A DNA stretch of 64,000 nt from positions 148,368,001 through 148,432,000 of the forward strand of contig NC_058368.1 in assembly GCF_018350175.1 (NCBI RefSeq), in the 5' to 3' direction. Numbering within the stretch: the stretch's first letter is position 1; every line of letters begins with the position of its first letter. The notes below the pieces were generated by a model. The model searched no databases, had not been told where the DNA came from, and worked only from the letters and a program-made list of their open reading frames with translations. Of this stretch, positions 14,121-27,345 are shown in pieces. The translations under genes were made by a program, and so were the position numbers. The stretch comes from Felis catus (taxonomy: Eukaryota).

Positions 14121-15946
14121 ACACTCTTGGTGTCTTGAACTTAAGTAGCATTCATAATTTTCTCAACTTTGTAGAGACATGCCACTTAATAGTTTTTCCT
14201 GACTTATATAGTCAGCATCACAGCAATTGGGGAAAACATACATTCATATGGTGAATGTACAGTAATGTTTTCTCCTATCATTAATCACTACACATTCTTT
14301 CATTCAAGGGGTTGGGCCATCTTTATTTTATTACAATCACCTTGACTTCACAAGTGGCAAGCAAGCAGTATTTTAAATGATGCTGATAAAATCAGAATTT
14401 TAAAAAAAACCTTGAAAACAGATTTTGGACTAAAAGTAGAATATGTATTAAGGGAAACAAGTGAGTAATAGAGTTGTGCAGCTCTAAAGACATTGCTTGG
14501 CTATACAATTTCTCTCCAGATAGATATGGTTCAATGGGATCTTCTCTGATAATTATCAGGAACAATTATTGCTTGCTTCTCTGAAACTTGTATATTATTT
14601 TTAATTAGTTCATGTAACTATCTGATTTCAAAATCAATGCATTTCTATATGGGTTGATTGTCATAAACTCCAGTAATCTTTCTTGACCCAAATTCTAAAA
14701 TAACATAGAAATATTTTATATCTGCCAAAGACCTTAGAAACCTAATATTATTTCAACTTGCATAGTATCTGTTTCCTCATAGTGCTGATTCAATATTCTT
14801 TACATATATTTATACATTCTTTGCTTACTCTAGTGTATTATAATTTATTTTAACCATTAGGCAGTAAATACTCATTTTCTATCCTCAATTTATCAAACCA
14901 TTTTTGATTAAATTCAATTTTTCATTAAAAAACACTTTCAATGTATTTATCGTGTGTATATCATTTCTGAGTGAAGGTAATACAAGAAATATAATTGTTG
15001 GGGAACAGAAACTGTCAACTAAACTCAGAGCATTTATATTTAAATATAGTTTATTTTAAGTAAGTGCTATTCTTTAAGCCATTTTAGTCATTATATGTGA
15101 AAAACAAAATTTTTCAAAAAAACTTTTTCAATTTGCCAAGTAAATTTAGCATTATGTATTTCAAAATGATGTGACATAAAAAATAGAATCATAGAGAAAT
15201 TGAATAAAGAGAATTCAAAAGTTGAAAACTTTGCATAAAGTCTGCTATTAGTAGTTATAAAATTTGATTTTAAATATATTGTTGGACATACAGATACCAC
15301 AGTTAGGTAAAGTCATTATAGATAGAATCAACCAGTATAGAAATCACTGCATTACTTTCCCTTTGAGTCTGATGGATGTCCAGGTTGAACCATATCTGAA
15401 TGTCATATACACACATATATATGTTTAAATGTTCATTATAAATATAAATTTTATATATGCATATAACTACTCCTTATATGATAAATCATTATTGATTTAG
15501 CAACAATTAATAAGCAATAATTGACTGATTCAAGAAACTATATTTGTAATTCACTATAGCCTTACATAATTTCTGTTCTAACTTTGGAACTTAACACCAA
15601 ATGTGCAAAATTATAGACTAAAACAAATAGCAATTACACAAGAGATGACTTAACAGCTGTCAGCTTCTGCAAAGAATGGCAGTGCACCAATTCCCCTGGC
15701 ATTCATGAAGCTGTTACCATGCCTGTTGTTGCCCCTGTCTTTGCTGAGGTTAACAGCAATCATAAGATACTTTTTTGGTTCATTTACTCAGTCTGTTGAT
15801 TAACATGGATTCAATGCCAGAAAAGTGTTACAGTCAACTGAAATGCCATTTAGACATCAACATTATCAAGGATGCTCTTCTGGTAGTTTTGGTTTCGAGG
15901 TATATTTTTGAACATTATTTACTACATCAAAGTGATATATTATAAG

Positions 15947-15949
<3 letters not shown>

Positions 15950-15980
<31 letters not shown>
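15950..15980. repeat. (TG)n microsatellite
   Basis: Read directly. Confidence 0.95.
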
Positions 15981-15981
<1 letters not shown>

Positions 15982-16759
15982 CATGTGTCTATTTTTCTCT
16001 CTGTGTATGTGTATATCTCTGTATGGGTACATATGGCTTTCACAGCAGTAAGCAGTGATACATTTAGTGTTCAGAGTCTCCAAGATTATACTCCCTGTCA
16101 CCAAAGCCATATGCTCATTGGTATCATCATTCTATGAATGTGTTTGGAAGTACTGAATAATCACTCCATACATTCATATAATGTTGTCAGTTTTAAAAGC
16201 CCATTCATATTCACTATGTTGCTTGATAACGGCTTTCATACAACCCAGCAACAAAAGCAAAATGGGAACTGTAACATTTTAAAGGTAAGAAATTGAGGTT
16301 CTAGAGGTTATGTGTCCAGTATGATCAGGTACTTGGATGCCAGATCTGCTAACTGCATGTCCATAGTACTGTTTTTGTTTTTGTTTTTCCTTCATAGAAG
16401 CAAATAATCCTTTTCAGATTTGAGTAAGCCATATACCTGATAGCATGCCAAGAGTGGATATGCAAGCATTTTACCCATTTTCACACTGATTATCTCACTT
16501 CTGATTATCCCAATTTGGATTGGTATCACTATGATCAAAGTTTAGGAAATCACGACAATCTGTAGGTCATATTCTGGTTTCCTAAGAATATAAACAGTAA
16601 CTCACATTTGAGCACAATATTGTGCCTAAAATAAATATTATACCCCTTCATAAGGTTACATTCAGAGAAGAAAAAAAAATTTAATAGCACATTTTAACCT
16701 CCATAAATATCTTCCTAAATTTTTTTGTCCTTTTTCTCTCAGAGACTAATTCTATAATT

Positions 16760-17101
16760 AAATTTCTTAAATTAATTAAGGAAGGAGGCCATCAGACTGA
16801 GGTGGCTCTAACGAGGGGGCAGGTTATATAAGCAAACCAATATCTACACCTGTAAATGTCTCAAGGTTATGAAATTGAAACTTAAAGGCAACCAATCACA
16901 AACAGCCAACTAGGCTTTAAGGTATAGGAGGTCAAATATTTGCTTTGCTTTGCTTCTACCTTTTCTGTAAAAAAAGGCTCTTCCCCAGCACCTGTCAGTG
17001 GAGTGCTCCTAATCACTTCCTGTTTGGTGCTGCCCACTTAAATAGAATTTTTACTCAAATAAACTCTTAAAAAGTTTAACATGCCACAGTTTATCTATTA
17101 C
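16760..17101 (+). mobile_element. ERV1-class solo LTR (MER4-group/MER34-like; subfamily uncertain)
   Basis: aaccaatcacaaacagccaac CCAAT region and typical end ctcaaataaactcttaaaaagtttaacatgccacagtttatc. Confidence 0.65.
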
Positions 17102-17297
17102 CGAGCTTCTTCCCAAACGCTGTTGCCACACTTATTTGATCAACACCTGGGAGAAGAGAGGACACCTGTGAACTTGGGCTAGCGCTCTGAAAGTCAAAGA
17201 GCTCTGATCATTGGATGATAAAAATATAAACAACTCATGAACCAGAAATTCCAATTGTACATTAAAAAAAAAGAAGAAGAAGAAGAAAGAAAAGAAA

Positions 17298-17512
17298 GGG
17301 TGCCTGGGTGGCTCAGTCAGTTAAGTGTCTGACTCTTGATTTCAGCTCAGATCATGATCTTGAGGTTTGTGAGTTTGAGCCCACCCCTGCATGGGGCTCT
17401 GTCCTGACAGTGAGGAGCCTGTTTGGGATTTTCTCTCTCCCTCTTTCTCTGCTCCCCCACTCTCCCTCGAACCTGTGTTCTCTCTTTCTCAAAATAAATA
17501 AATAAACTTAAA
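17298..17512 (+). mobile_element. CanSINE inserted in old L1 sequence
   Basis: gggtgcctgggtggctcagtcagttaag head, CT tract, A tail. Confidence 0.95.
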
Positions 17513-17800
17513 GAAATGAAAAATTAAATAAAAGAATTCTTGCACATGAACACACCAAGACACATGCATAGATACTGAACACGGGTTTGTTACAATAGCA
17601 GAAATCGAGAAAAATCTGAAATGTCAGTCTAGAGAAATAAGTAAGTGCTTATCTGTTGCTTACCAGCACTTACAATCCTAAAACCACAGTGCTGGGTAAA
17701 TAAAGCATGCTTAATAATCTCACATACAGAAAAAAATCATTAACAAAACTCAAAATGTCAAAAAAATACTGTTTATACGCATACCTGTTAACTTTAACAT

Positions 17801-18245
17801 TTGTTAAAGCAGATCCCCAGCATATTGAATATGGAGCCACTGTTCAACAAAAGAGCATAAGGGAAAGTGAAACAAAGAAGTTTATTACTCACAGGTCCTG
17901 GAGAAGTTACAGGGGAAGATGAAGGCAGGGTGTAGGCAGAGAAAGCACGGCAGGCAGGACCTGGGACACACACAGGTGTAGTGCTTGAGTTTCTGTGCTT
18001 AAGCCAGATTGGTCAGTTCAAACCAGAAAGAGTGGGGTTTTGATAAGCTTCACCAGGGTTTTATCTAAGGCTCTCACAAGTGTGGGGCAGTCATATCAGG
18101 AAATTACTTTTACTTAAGACTCTGCAGGTGGTTATCTAGGGCATGTGCTGGCAGGAGGGGTTCTTATTGGTTAAAGGCTCCCGCAGGCCAGGAGGCCACA
18201 TAAAATGGAGGCCCAAGGCAGCGATATTATGGAATAGTAACTTTC
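17801..18245 (-). mobile_element. LTR (possibly MER73/MER74-like ERVL)
   Basis: GC-richer island starting tgttaaag; antisense ccaggacctgtgagtaataaactt polyA-signal context. Confidence 0.5.
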
Positions 18246-18557
18246 AATAATACTTTAAGTATTAAAGTATATAAAAAAAAAGAGCACAAAATTCACGAGA
18301 ATAGTTATCTCTGGGGTAGAAAAAAGAGGCAAAAAAACCCACTAGAGATTTCAAATTTCATCTGCCTTTATGTCTTGTTAAAAAAATAAAGAGGTTTAAT
18401 CACATGTTAATTATTATGTTTTTCAATTTGGGGTGCCTGGCACATGATCATTTAATTACTTAGTTATTATACTTAAAAAACAGTACTATTTAGATTACTT
18501 GTCTGGGAAATTTTCCTCCTTACTTCATCTACTATGATAAATTAGAATTTCTTCTAA

Positions 18558-18775
18558 GGGCGCCTGGGTGGCTTAGTTGGTTAAGCATCCAAATTCTGCT
18601 CAAGTCATGATCTCATGGTTTGTGGATTCAAGCCCCCAGTTGGGTTCTGTGCTGACAACTGAGAGCCTGGATTCTGCTTCGGATTCTGTGTCTCCCCTTC
18701 TCTCTGCCCCTCCCCTTCTCGTGCTCTATCTCTCTCTGTTTTTCAACAATAAATAAATGTCAAAAAAAAAGATTA
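18558..18775 (+). mobile_element. CanSINE with 13-bp TSD
   Basis: TSD agaatttcttcta at 18544-18556 and 18776-18788. Confidence 0.96.
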
Positions 18776-20431
18776 AGAATTTCTTCTATTGTCTTTTTTC
18801 TAATGTAGGAATCGGTTCTTTCAAAAAATGAGGAAAATTATTAGCAAAGTGAATATGAAATTCATTAAAAAAATCAATGTGATCCCCACAGAAAGTTTGT
18901 GCCTTAGTCCTGTCTTATTTAACTCTACAACAGCATGGCATTTTCAGAGAATTGCAGGCTTTTGTAGATTATATTCTGGAGAAGTAAACTCATTGAAAGA
19001 CTTTGGTAACTTTAACTATGTATAATAAATCAATATTTTCTATCAGTGAAGGTACTGATGAAAGCTTTCTCAGGTTAATTATGCTTTACATAAATTTTAT
19101 TTACATAAACAAGTAAAATAGCCATTCAAATTACTTTATGGGGAACTTTTTTGATTATGGAAGTATGAGAATATTTTGAGGTATGCATATGATTTGCCTA
19201 TAAAATAAAAATAAATAAATAACCCATAAAATCATTTAGATTACCATCACTTTTGCCAAATTTGAGCTATTAATTAGTTAACTTGCTAAATATTTTTAGA
19301 GAAATGACTTTCAGCATTAAATAATTAAATACCACAGAATAAACTGCTCTTATTCAAATATATAGTCATATATGTAGTAATATAATATATAGCAATATAT
19401 ACAGTAATATAATGACTGAGTTCACCAAATCCTGTGTGTGTAAAGGTTGCATGAAGCAGGTGGGCATTGTGAAGCAGTGACAAGTCAGCGGTGAGATAGG
19501 GAGCCAAATGTGGCAGGACTACCAGTACGAAAGGTATGTGATATGCGGGATCACTGAAATGCTTTCAAGATCAGGCAGAGAGTAGAAAAGAGATAGGCAT
19601 TCCTGTTAAGGAACAAGAAACTGCCTCTTTCAGGGATTCAGTAGAGAGAAGGAGCAGTTGGCATGGGACTGGCTGCAGAGGTCAGCCTGAGCAGACACCA
19701 TTCTCATTTCTTATCTGTGAGGTGTGGGTTGAGGCAACATAAAAGGCAACAATAATTGGATCACATGAACAGAAGCAAGAGGATCTTTTCCCTGCTCTTT
19801 GGGGTTTATATTTTTTGAAACAGTGTAGTGGTAGGATGTTCAAGTTTTATAAGAAAAAAATATGGCCATTATCATATTATATTATCTCCATGAAAAATAT
19901 TACATAATTAAAATCAGATAATTAACACATTTCTATATATAAATATTGGGTGTTCAAATGGTCAGTATAAAACAAATCTTTGAGTGTATAGATGATATCA
20001 CTAAACAGGGTGAATATATATATATGCTTTTCAGCTTATTGGCACAAATAAATCTAACAACAAGAACATCTGCCCTTGGAATAACTTATGCGTCAGATTC
20101 AGATATCAATAAATGCAAGAATAAAACATGAATTTTAACACTCTACTTAAATGTTCCTCCATCTGGAAAAGATCCAGTGCGATAAAAATAGGGTTATTTC
20201 ATCTTTGTTTGATATAATCATCTTTGGTTCAGCTTACCACACACAAAATAAAATGAACAATTGAAGCAATTATCTGATAATTCGTGCCTTTTTTTTTTTT
20301 TGCTTAAATTGAATGAATATCTAGAAAGCTGGACCAATTTTCCACTTTACTTTCAGTATATTGTCAGACCATTAAGAAATATATTACTATGGAGTATAAA
20401 CTTGCATTTTCATGTTAACTCTGATTGCATC

Positions 20432-20613
20432 TTTTTTTTTAATGTTTATTTATGAGCAGGGGAGGGGCAGAGAGAGAGGTAGAGAGAATTCTAAGCAGGA
20501 TCTGTGCTGTCAGTGCAGGGCCCAACATGAGGCTCAATCTCACAAACTGAGATCATGGCTTGAGTCTAAACTAAAATTTGGATGCTTAACCTATGGAACA
20601 ACCCAGGCACCCC
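20432..20613 (-). mobile_element. CanSINE
   Basis: T tail, ggggcagagagag, head acccaggcacccc. Confidence 0.92.
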
Positions 20614-20761
20614 TGAGTACAACTTAAGAAGATTATTTTCTAATTATTTTTAATTCCAGTTTTTAAATTATGTTCACATATCTGTAAAAATTTTGGGTGT
20701 TTTATTGAGTCTTTGAGTATTTAAACATTCTATTTTATTTCACAAAATTGAAAAATCATCA

Positions 20762-20835
20762 AAGAGCCCAGAAGTCAGAGATCATGACCTGAGCCGAAGT
20801 CAGATGCTTAACTGATGGAGCCCCCAGGATGCCCT
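20762..20835 (-). mobile_element. CanSINE 5' fragment
   Basis: gagatcatgacctgagccgaagtcagatgcttaactga. Confidence 0.85.
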
Positions 20836-21239
20836 GCAATTTGTTGTTCTTAATAGGCTTAAGAATCATGTCAACCAAATGTGGAGAACGTTTGTATCTT
20901 GTTATGGATGAAGAAAAATGTGCTTTGAAAAATTGCAGATAGAATGCTGACTTGATAATGAGGTTTCATTGTTAATGCTAATTTTGATAATGCTATTGTA
21001 GGAGAGAGAAGGAGGAAGGAAGAGAGATTTGATCTACACATGCTGAATCATTTATGTATAAAAAGCTGACATTTGGGTTTTACTTTGAAACATTCTAGTG
21101 AAGGGATTGATCCGCATGGGTATAGAGTTGAAACAAGATAGCCAAACTTTAATAATTATTGTACTAGATCATGTGTACATAGGAGTGTTCGTTGCAGACA
21201 AGTGTCACGATCATCTCAACTTCATGGGCCAGGAATAGT

Positions 21240-21365
21240 TATAAATGCTTTTCATATATTAGCATTTATAATCCTCACAAAAACTCTATAAGATAGGTAC
21301 TACTATTTTCACTATGTTGCACATTCATAAACTGAGGCCCAGAGAAATTAAATATTTGCTCAGAT
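21240..21365 (-). mobile_element. MIR fragment
   Basis: aatcctcacaaaaactctataagataggtactactatt...aaactgaggcccagagaaattaa. Confidence 0.75.
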
Positions 21366-21443
21366 ATGTCTCTGCAGATTTTAACAAATATATCACTTCA
21401 GATCCTCAGATGGAAAATAGATTATTTTAAAAGTTAGTGTCAA

Positions 21444-21650
21444 GGGTGGCTGGGTAGCTCAGTTGGTTAAGCCACCAACTCCTGATTTCAACTCAGGTCG
21501 TGATCTCATAGTCCTGAGATTGAGGCCCCCTCTGCCCCACCAACCCTGGCATTATGCTTATAGCACAGAGCCTGCTTGGGATTCTTTCTTTCCCTCTCCT
21601 TCTGCCCCTTCCCCCTTGAACTTGCCTTCTTTCTTTCAAAATAAATACAC
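21444..21650 (+). mobile_element. CanSINE
   Basis: gggtagctcagttggttaagcc...ctcaggtcgtgatctc, CT tract, aaaataaat. Confidence 0.92.
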
Positions 21651-21700
21651 ATTTTAATTTTTTTTTTATGAAGGAATGCCAGTCCACAGCCTCTTTTAGC

Positions 21701-22356
21701 TTTTTTTTTAACGGTTATTCACTTTTGATAAACAGAGAGTGAGTGCAGGATGGGCAGAGAGAGGGAGGCACAGAATCTGAAGCACGTTCCAGGTTGTGAG
21801 CTGTCAGCACAGAGCTGGATGTGGGGCTCAAACCCACAAATGGTCATATTTAATTCTTTCTCATTGCCAAGTAGTATTCCACTGTATATATAAACTACAT
21901 CTTCTTTATCCATTTGTCAGTTGATGGACATTTAGGTTCTTTCCATAATTTGGCTATTGCTGAAAGTACTGATATAAACATTGGGGTAAAAGTGTCCCTA
22001 TGCACAAAAACAGACACATAGACCAATGGAATAGAATAGAGACTCCAGAATTGGACCCACAAAACTATGACCAACTAATCTTTGACAAAGCAGGAAAGAA
22101 TACCCAATGGAAAAAAGATAGTCTCTTTAACAAATGGTGCTGGGAGAACTGGACAGGAACATGAAGAAGAATGAAACTAGACCACTTTCTTACACCATTC
22201 ACAAAAATAAACTCAAAATGGATGACGGACCTGAATGTCAGACAGGAAACCATCAAAACCCTAGAGGAGAAAGCAGGGAAAAAACCTCTCTGACCTCAGC
22301 CGCCGCAATTTCTTACTCAACACATCTCCAAAGCAATGGAATTAAAAGCAAAAATG
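21701..22356 (-). mobile_element. SINE 3' half fused to felid L1 ORF2 pieces (one inverted)
   Basis: SINE(-) 21701-21841, L1(-) 21842-22003, L1(+) 22004-22356 (cacaaaaacagacacatagaccaatggaatagaatagag...). Confidence 0.88.
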
Positions 22357-22396
22357 GATAGTAGATGGTAATGAACACATTTTTCAGAGAAAAAAT

Positions 22397-22397
<1 letters not shown>

Positions 22398-22428
<31 letters not shown>
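22398..22428. repeat. (GT)n microsatellite
   Basis: Read directly. Confidence 0.95.
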
Positions 22429-22430
<2 letters not shown>

Positions 22431-22710
22431 GTCAGATCCCATAGGATTCCATTTCTGCCATAAAGAATTTAGGCTTCTCAGCTTAGATTAAATATTAATA
22501 ATTGGTCAGAGAACAGGATACCTTGACTGAACACATTTTCATGCAATTGGTAATGAGTATCTTCTAAAGCAAAGATATGTTGCTGCTACCAAGACCGGTT
22601 TGGTGAGTAGTGGGCAATACCTGCTGTACAAGAAAAAATGACACTACACTTGTTTCAGTGGTGGATGGAGGAACAAAAAACGGACTTCTTGTTAGAGGTT
22701 AATATTTGAT

Positions 22711-22935
22711 GGGGCGCCTGGGTGGCGCAGTCGGTTAAGTGTCCGACTTCAGCCAGGTCACGATCTCGCGGTCCGTGAGTTCAAGCCCCCGCGTCAGGCT
22801 CTGGGCTGATGGCTCGGAGTCTGGAGCCTGTTTCTGATTCTGTGTCTCCCTCTCTCTCTGCCCCTCCCCCGTTCATGCTCTGTCTCTCTCTGTCCCAAAA
22901 AAAATAAATAAAAACGTTGAAAAAAAATTTTTAAA
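22711..22935 (+). mobile_element. Young SINEC_Fc with 10-bp TSD
   Basis: TSD aatatttgat at 22701-22710 and 22936-22945; CpGs retained. Confidence 0.98.
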
Positions 22936-23774
22936 AATATTTGATAATAACTCCTTTATACTAACCATTTTAAGCAAGCAGATTAATAAAGTAATAAAAT
23001 AAAACAAAATAATTATTTAGCAAGAAAAAGTGACTAGAGTTGAGCAAGAGAGATATTACACTTATTTTCTTCTGACACTTAATGGGATACCATCAGGAGA
23101 AAAAAATCTTGAGATATGCTTAGAGGGATAAATATTTTGCTGAAATTAATCCTTGTGCAAGTTCCAATGAAGGATTCAGGTTTCAACATAGAATTAATAC
23201 TGAAATATCTTCATTTAAATGTCTCTGTAAAATTTACATATGGTAAATAATTTAATATTAGAAATCATTCGGTAGCATGTGTTCTTTCTGTAGGATGTTA
23301 TCAATGATTTTTTATTAAAATAAATAAAAAAAATCTTTGATAGTTGCTGCCTTTTTACTAAGTCATGATGTTTGTTGAAAGTACTATAGGAATTTATTTC
23401 GAGAGTGATATTCTTCCAATGATTTTATCAAAAAACATGGCTACCAATCATAAAAATGTTAAGGTGTCTTGGTAATAAATGAATTTTCCCCAAATAACTA
23501 CAGTAAAATAATAATTTTTAAAAAAGCAAAAAAAAAAGAGTGTCATGCATCATATACTGTACAATGGAGTGGAAAGAGAAGAATAAAAGTTAAAATAAGA
23601 GATGAAGAGGAAGAGAGTAATGAAAGATTAAGGAAATAGGAATAAAATGATTCAGAAGGCAGCACACAAGAGGAGGAAAAAAAAAAGAGAGAAAATGATC
23701 AAACAGAGTTAGTACATAATAAGGAAACCCTAGAGCCAGCCAGACCCTGATGATAACACTTTGATATTAAGATA

Positions 23775-23900
23775 TTTATGGGGGGTGAGAGGGAGGGGAG
23801 GGTGGGTGATGGGTATTGAGGAGGGCGCCTTTTGGGATGAGCACTGGGCATTGTATGGAAACCAATTTGACAATAAATTTCATATATTGAAGAAAAAAAA
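23775..23900 (+). mobile_element. Felid L1 3'UTR end, 5'-truncated
   Basis: G-rich gggaggggagggtgggtgatggg, gggatgagcactggg...ggaaaccaatttgacaataaattt, A tail. Confidence 0.88.
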
Positions 23901-24813
23901 GTAACAAGAAATCTAAACTTTGATTTTTGGCATTTGTGATATCTGAAAGTCAAATCCCATGGTCCACAGTGGAGGAAGACCTACAACATTGACTTGGGTT
24001 GGGTTGAGACCCGTTTGCCTATAGTCAAGTGAAATTAAAAATATGAAAACTGAGCTTTCAAGAGGAGACTTATCAAACACACTAAGACCAAGGCTGCTTT
24101 GGTAATGTGGTCTATTTGTTAAAGGAATAAAATGGCCTGAAATCCCAGAAAAAAAAAGATATTTACAGAAAGTCCATAAGCTATTACAAAACACTTTTAA
24201 AAAAATGAGAGTCACAAGTTCAGCAGAAGATCAATGGTGATGGTGGGGAAAATGCTGGAAAAGGACAATAAAGAGAGTCACAATGAGACACAGGTTTAGT
24301 TAACTTTGGTAATTGAACTTTTGCCAAAAACCTGTTGGAGAGTAGATTAGTAATCCCCCCGCAAAAAAAGAGAAACAATCAGTTGTTATGTAGCTGACTT
24401 AGAAACATCACTGTGTTTGTTTGTTTTTTGTCTTCATTATGTCTAATTTAAATGAATGCCCAATTTGAATTAACCTAATTTTCAATGATTGGCAGTCAAA
24501 AAATTTTATAACAAACACATAGGCAAACTTGACAACAGCTCAGAATTCTACTCACTGGCAACTCCAAAATACCTTTGTATTGTATTCTGGATTTCCTATA
24601 TTAAATATTCCTTATGTTAAAAAGTGATTTTTAGGTTTAAGTCCACAGGTTATATTTCAGGGTTATTTTTATGAAGACTTATTTGAATATTGGAATTTGC
24701 CATTGCTCTGTAATAAAACTGGTAGAAAACAACCAAAAAAAATTGCTTACAGGAATGATAGAAAGGATATATCATATAGACAATAAAGTTGAAGGAGAAA
24801 AAAGTAATCAGAA

Positions 24814-24979
24814 GAGGTGCCTTGGTGGCTCGGATAGTTAAGCATCCAACTCTTGATTTTGGCTGAGGTCATGATCTCCCAGTTCTTGATACTGAGCCCC
24901 GTGTCAGGCTCTGCTCTGACAGTGAGGAGCCTGCTTGGGATTCTCTCTCTTCCTCTCTCTCTGTACCTCCCCAACTCAA

Positions 24980-25032
<53 letters not shown>

Positions 25033-25035
25033 AGA
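24814..25035 (+). mobile_element. CanSINE with long (CT)n
   Basis: gaggtgccttggtggctcgg head, (CT)n 24985-25029. Confidence 0.94.
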
Positions 25036-25741
25036 AGTAAACTTAACAAAAAAAGCTGATAGGAAATCATTAAGTATAATATACCAGAAAAATTCCAGGC
25101 TTCAAAAAACATTTTCCTTGATGATGTGTGTCCATTGAAAATATGTTGCTGAAAAACATGTTCATAATTCAAGGACATTTTGGGATATTTTTGTATTCTT
25201 TTGTTTTTTTCTCTGGACAGACACTTAACATGTATAATATATATCTGTTATTCAAATTACTGCCATTTGATTTTGGTGTGAAACAAATTTTATACGAAAC
25301 TAATTACACAAAATTAAGAATAAATCACAATTTATTCTCCAATATTTTTATTTCTGTTCCCACACTAAAACTCTAGTTAATAATCCTAAAGAGATATGGA
25401 TTATTTTAATTTCTAGAAGGTCTTATCAGTTGTCTGAACATAAAACTGATAACCAGATTGGCCTCTGGATGGAGAAGACTAGGCCTTTTGCCTTAGATCT
25501 GGTTAAAGCACAACTATACACAGGCATATATGGCATCAGATTTCAGAACAGTACATAACATATAAAATAATAATTAATCTATAATTATTTTTTGTTGATT
25601 CTGTTTTAAAATTTTGCTCACATAAAACTTAACTGGAAATGACTTTCGAGGAAAATGCTTAAAACATCTCTAGTGTTTAAAAACAAGTGAAAACAAATGA
25701 TTTTTAACAGAAATTATCACCTCTTGTTTTTAATTTAAAAA

Positions 25742-25956
25742 ATTTAATTTTTTTATTTAATTTTGTGAGAGAGAGAGAGAGAGACATAGTGTGACCAGGG
25801 GAGGGGCACAGGGAGAGGGAGACACAGAATCCAAAGCAGGCTCCAGGCTCTAAGCTGTCAGCACAGAGCCTGATGTGGGGCTTGAACTTGTGAACCACAA
25901 GATCATGATGTAGGCTGAAGTCAGACACTCAAGTGACTGCGCCACCCTGGCGCTCC
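25742..25956 (-). mobile_element. CanSINE
   Basis: gagacacagaatccaaagcaggctccagg, head gccaccctggcgctcc. Confidence 0.94.
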
Positions 25957-26144
25957 AGAAACCCCTATTTCTAAGTGTCTTGTTTTAAGCTCCGATGCAG
26001 ACTTTCTTAATTTCATACTAAAGATATATGTAATGAGAAGAAAGGATAAATACTGAAAATGCCACAGAATTAAAAATAAAGATATTCAATACATAATGTG
26101 GTAAAATATATAAATATACATTATATATATATATATATAATTAA

Positions 26145-26470
26145 AAATTTTTATATGAAATTTATTGACAAATTGGTTTCCATACAACACCCAGTGCTCA
26201 TCCCAATAGGTGCCCTCCTCAATACCCATCACCCACCCTCTCCTCCCTCCCACCCCCCATCAACCCTCAGTTTGTTCTCAGTTTTTAACAGTCTCTTATG
26301 CTTTGGCTCTCTCCCACTCTAACCTCTTTTTTTTTTTTTCCTTCCCCTCCCCCATGGGTTCCTGTTAAGTTTCTGAGGATCCACATAAGAGTGAAACCAT
26401 ATGGTATCTGTCTTTCTCTGTATGGCTTATTTCACTTAGCATCACACTCTCCAGTTCCATCCATGTTGCT
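26145..26470 (-). mobile_element. Felid L1 3' end
   Basis: aaatttattgacaaattggtttccatacaacacccagtgctcatccc, the reverse complement of the 23.8-kb copy type. Confidence 0.92.
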
Positions 26471-27062
26471 ATTAAATATAATTTATAGTTTATAGTTTAT
26501 AGTTTATAATTTATAGTTTATAGTTTATAATTTATAGTTTATTTAATTTATAAATATAATTATATAAATTTACAAATATAATTAAAATATTAAAATATTT
26601 AATAAATATTAATAAATATATTAAATATATTATATAATAAATATTAATAAATATATATTTATATTTTATATATATTATATATAAATATATATAAATATAT
26701 ATATAAATATATAAATATATATTTATATATATTATATATATATATTTTTTATATTTTATATATATATAACACTAACTTTTAAAACAACTTTTAAAATAAA
26801 CTTTTAAAATAACTTTCAAAATAAATATTTATATATATATAAATATATATATTTTATATATATATTCATATTTATATAGATTTATATTATATATATTTAT
26901 ATAATAAAAATATATTTTATATATAAAATATATTATATATATTTATATAATAAATATTAATAAATATATTAAAATATTTATAAATATAATTTATAAATAT
27001 AATTATATAAATTTATAAATATAATTATATATATAATTATATATATATATATAATTAATTTA
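26471..27062. repeat. Near-pure A/T low-complexity tract with (TTTATAG)n and (AACTTTTAAAAT)n units
   Basis: Read directly. Confidence 0.95.
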
Positions 27063-27113
27063 TGGACAGTGGAACTGGGTTAAAAATATGTTAGTTAAAT
27101 TATAATGAAGTTT

Positions 27114-27345
27114 GGGGCACCTGGGTGGTTCAGTCAGTTAAGTATATGACTTTGGCTTAGGTCATGATCTCATGGTTAGTGAGTTCAAGCCCCCCATCAG
27201 GTTCTCCACTGTCAGCACAGAGCCTGGCTCGGATCCTCTGTATGCTCTCTTTCTGCCCTTCCCTCACTTATGCTCTTTCTCTTTTTCTGTCTCCTTATCT
27301 CCCTCTCTCTCTTTCAAAAAATAAATAAACTTTAAAATAAAGAAA
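27114..27345 (+). mobile_element. CanSINE with TSD
   Basis: taaattataatga at 27096-27108 and 27346-27358. Confidence 0.94.

Noticed and set aside
19430..19800. GC-richer purine-biased island
   Set aside because: No convincing ORF, splice pair or repeat identity that I can support; possibly a decayed LTR
22065..22361. ORFs overlapping L1 ORF2 sequence
   Set aside because: Out-of-frame or antisense readings of a ~350-bp L1 fragment; no intact ORF2
23779..23813. G-quadruplex-like G-run cluster
   Set aside because: Standard G-rich tract of the L1 3'UTR, already explained by the element
24747..25178. Longest ORF (143 aa) and similar ERERER/LSLSLS ORFs (e.g. 1638, 27822, 37204, 63617)
   Set aside because: They are read-through of CanSINE bodies and their (CT)n/(GA)n tracts, not genes
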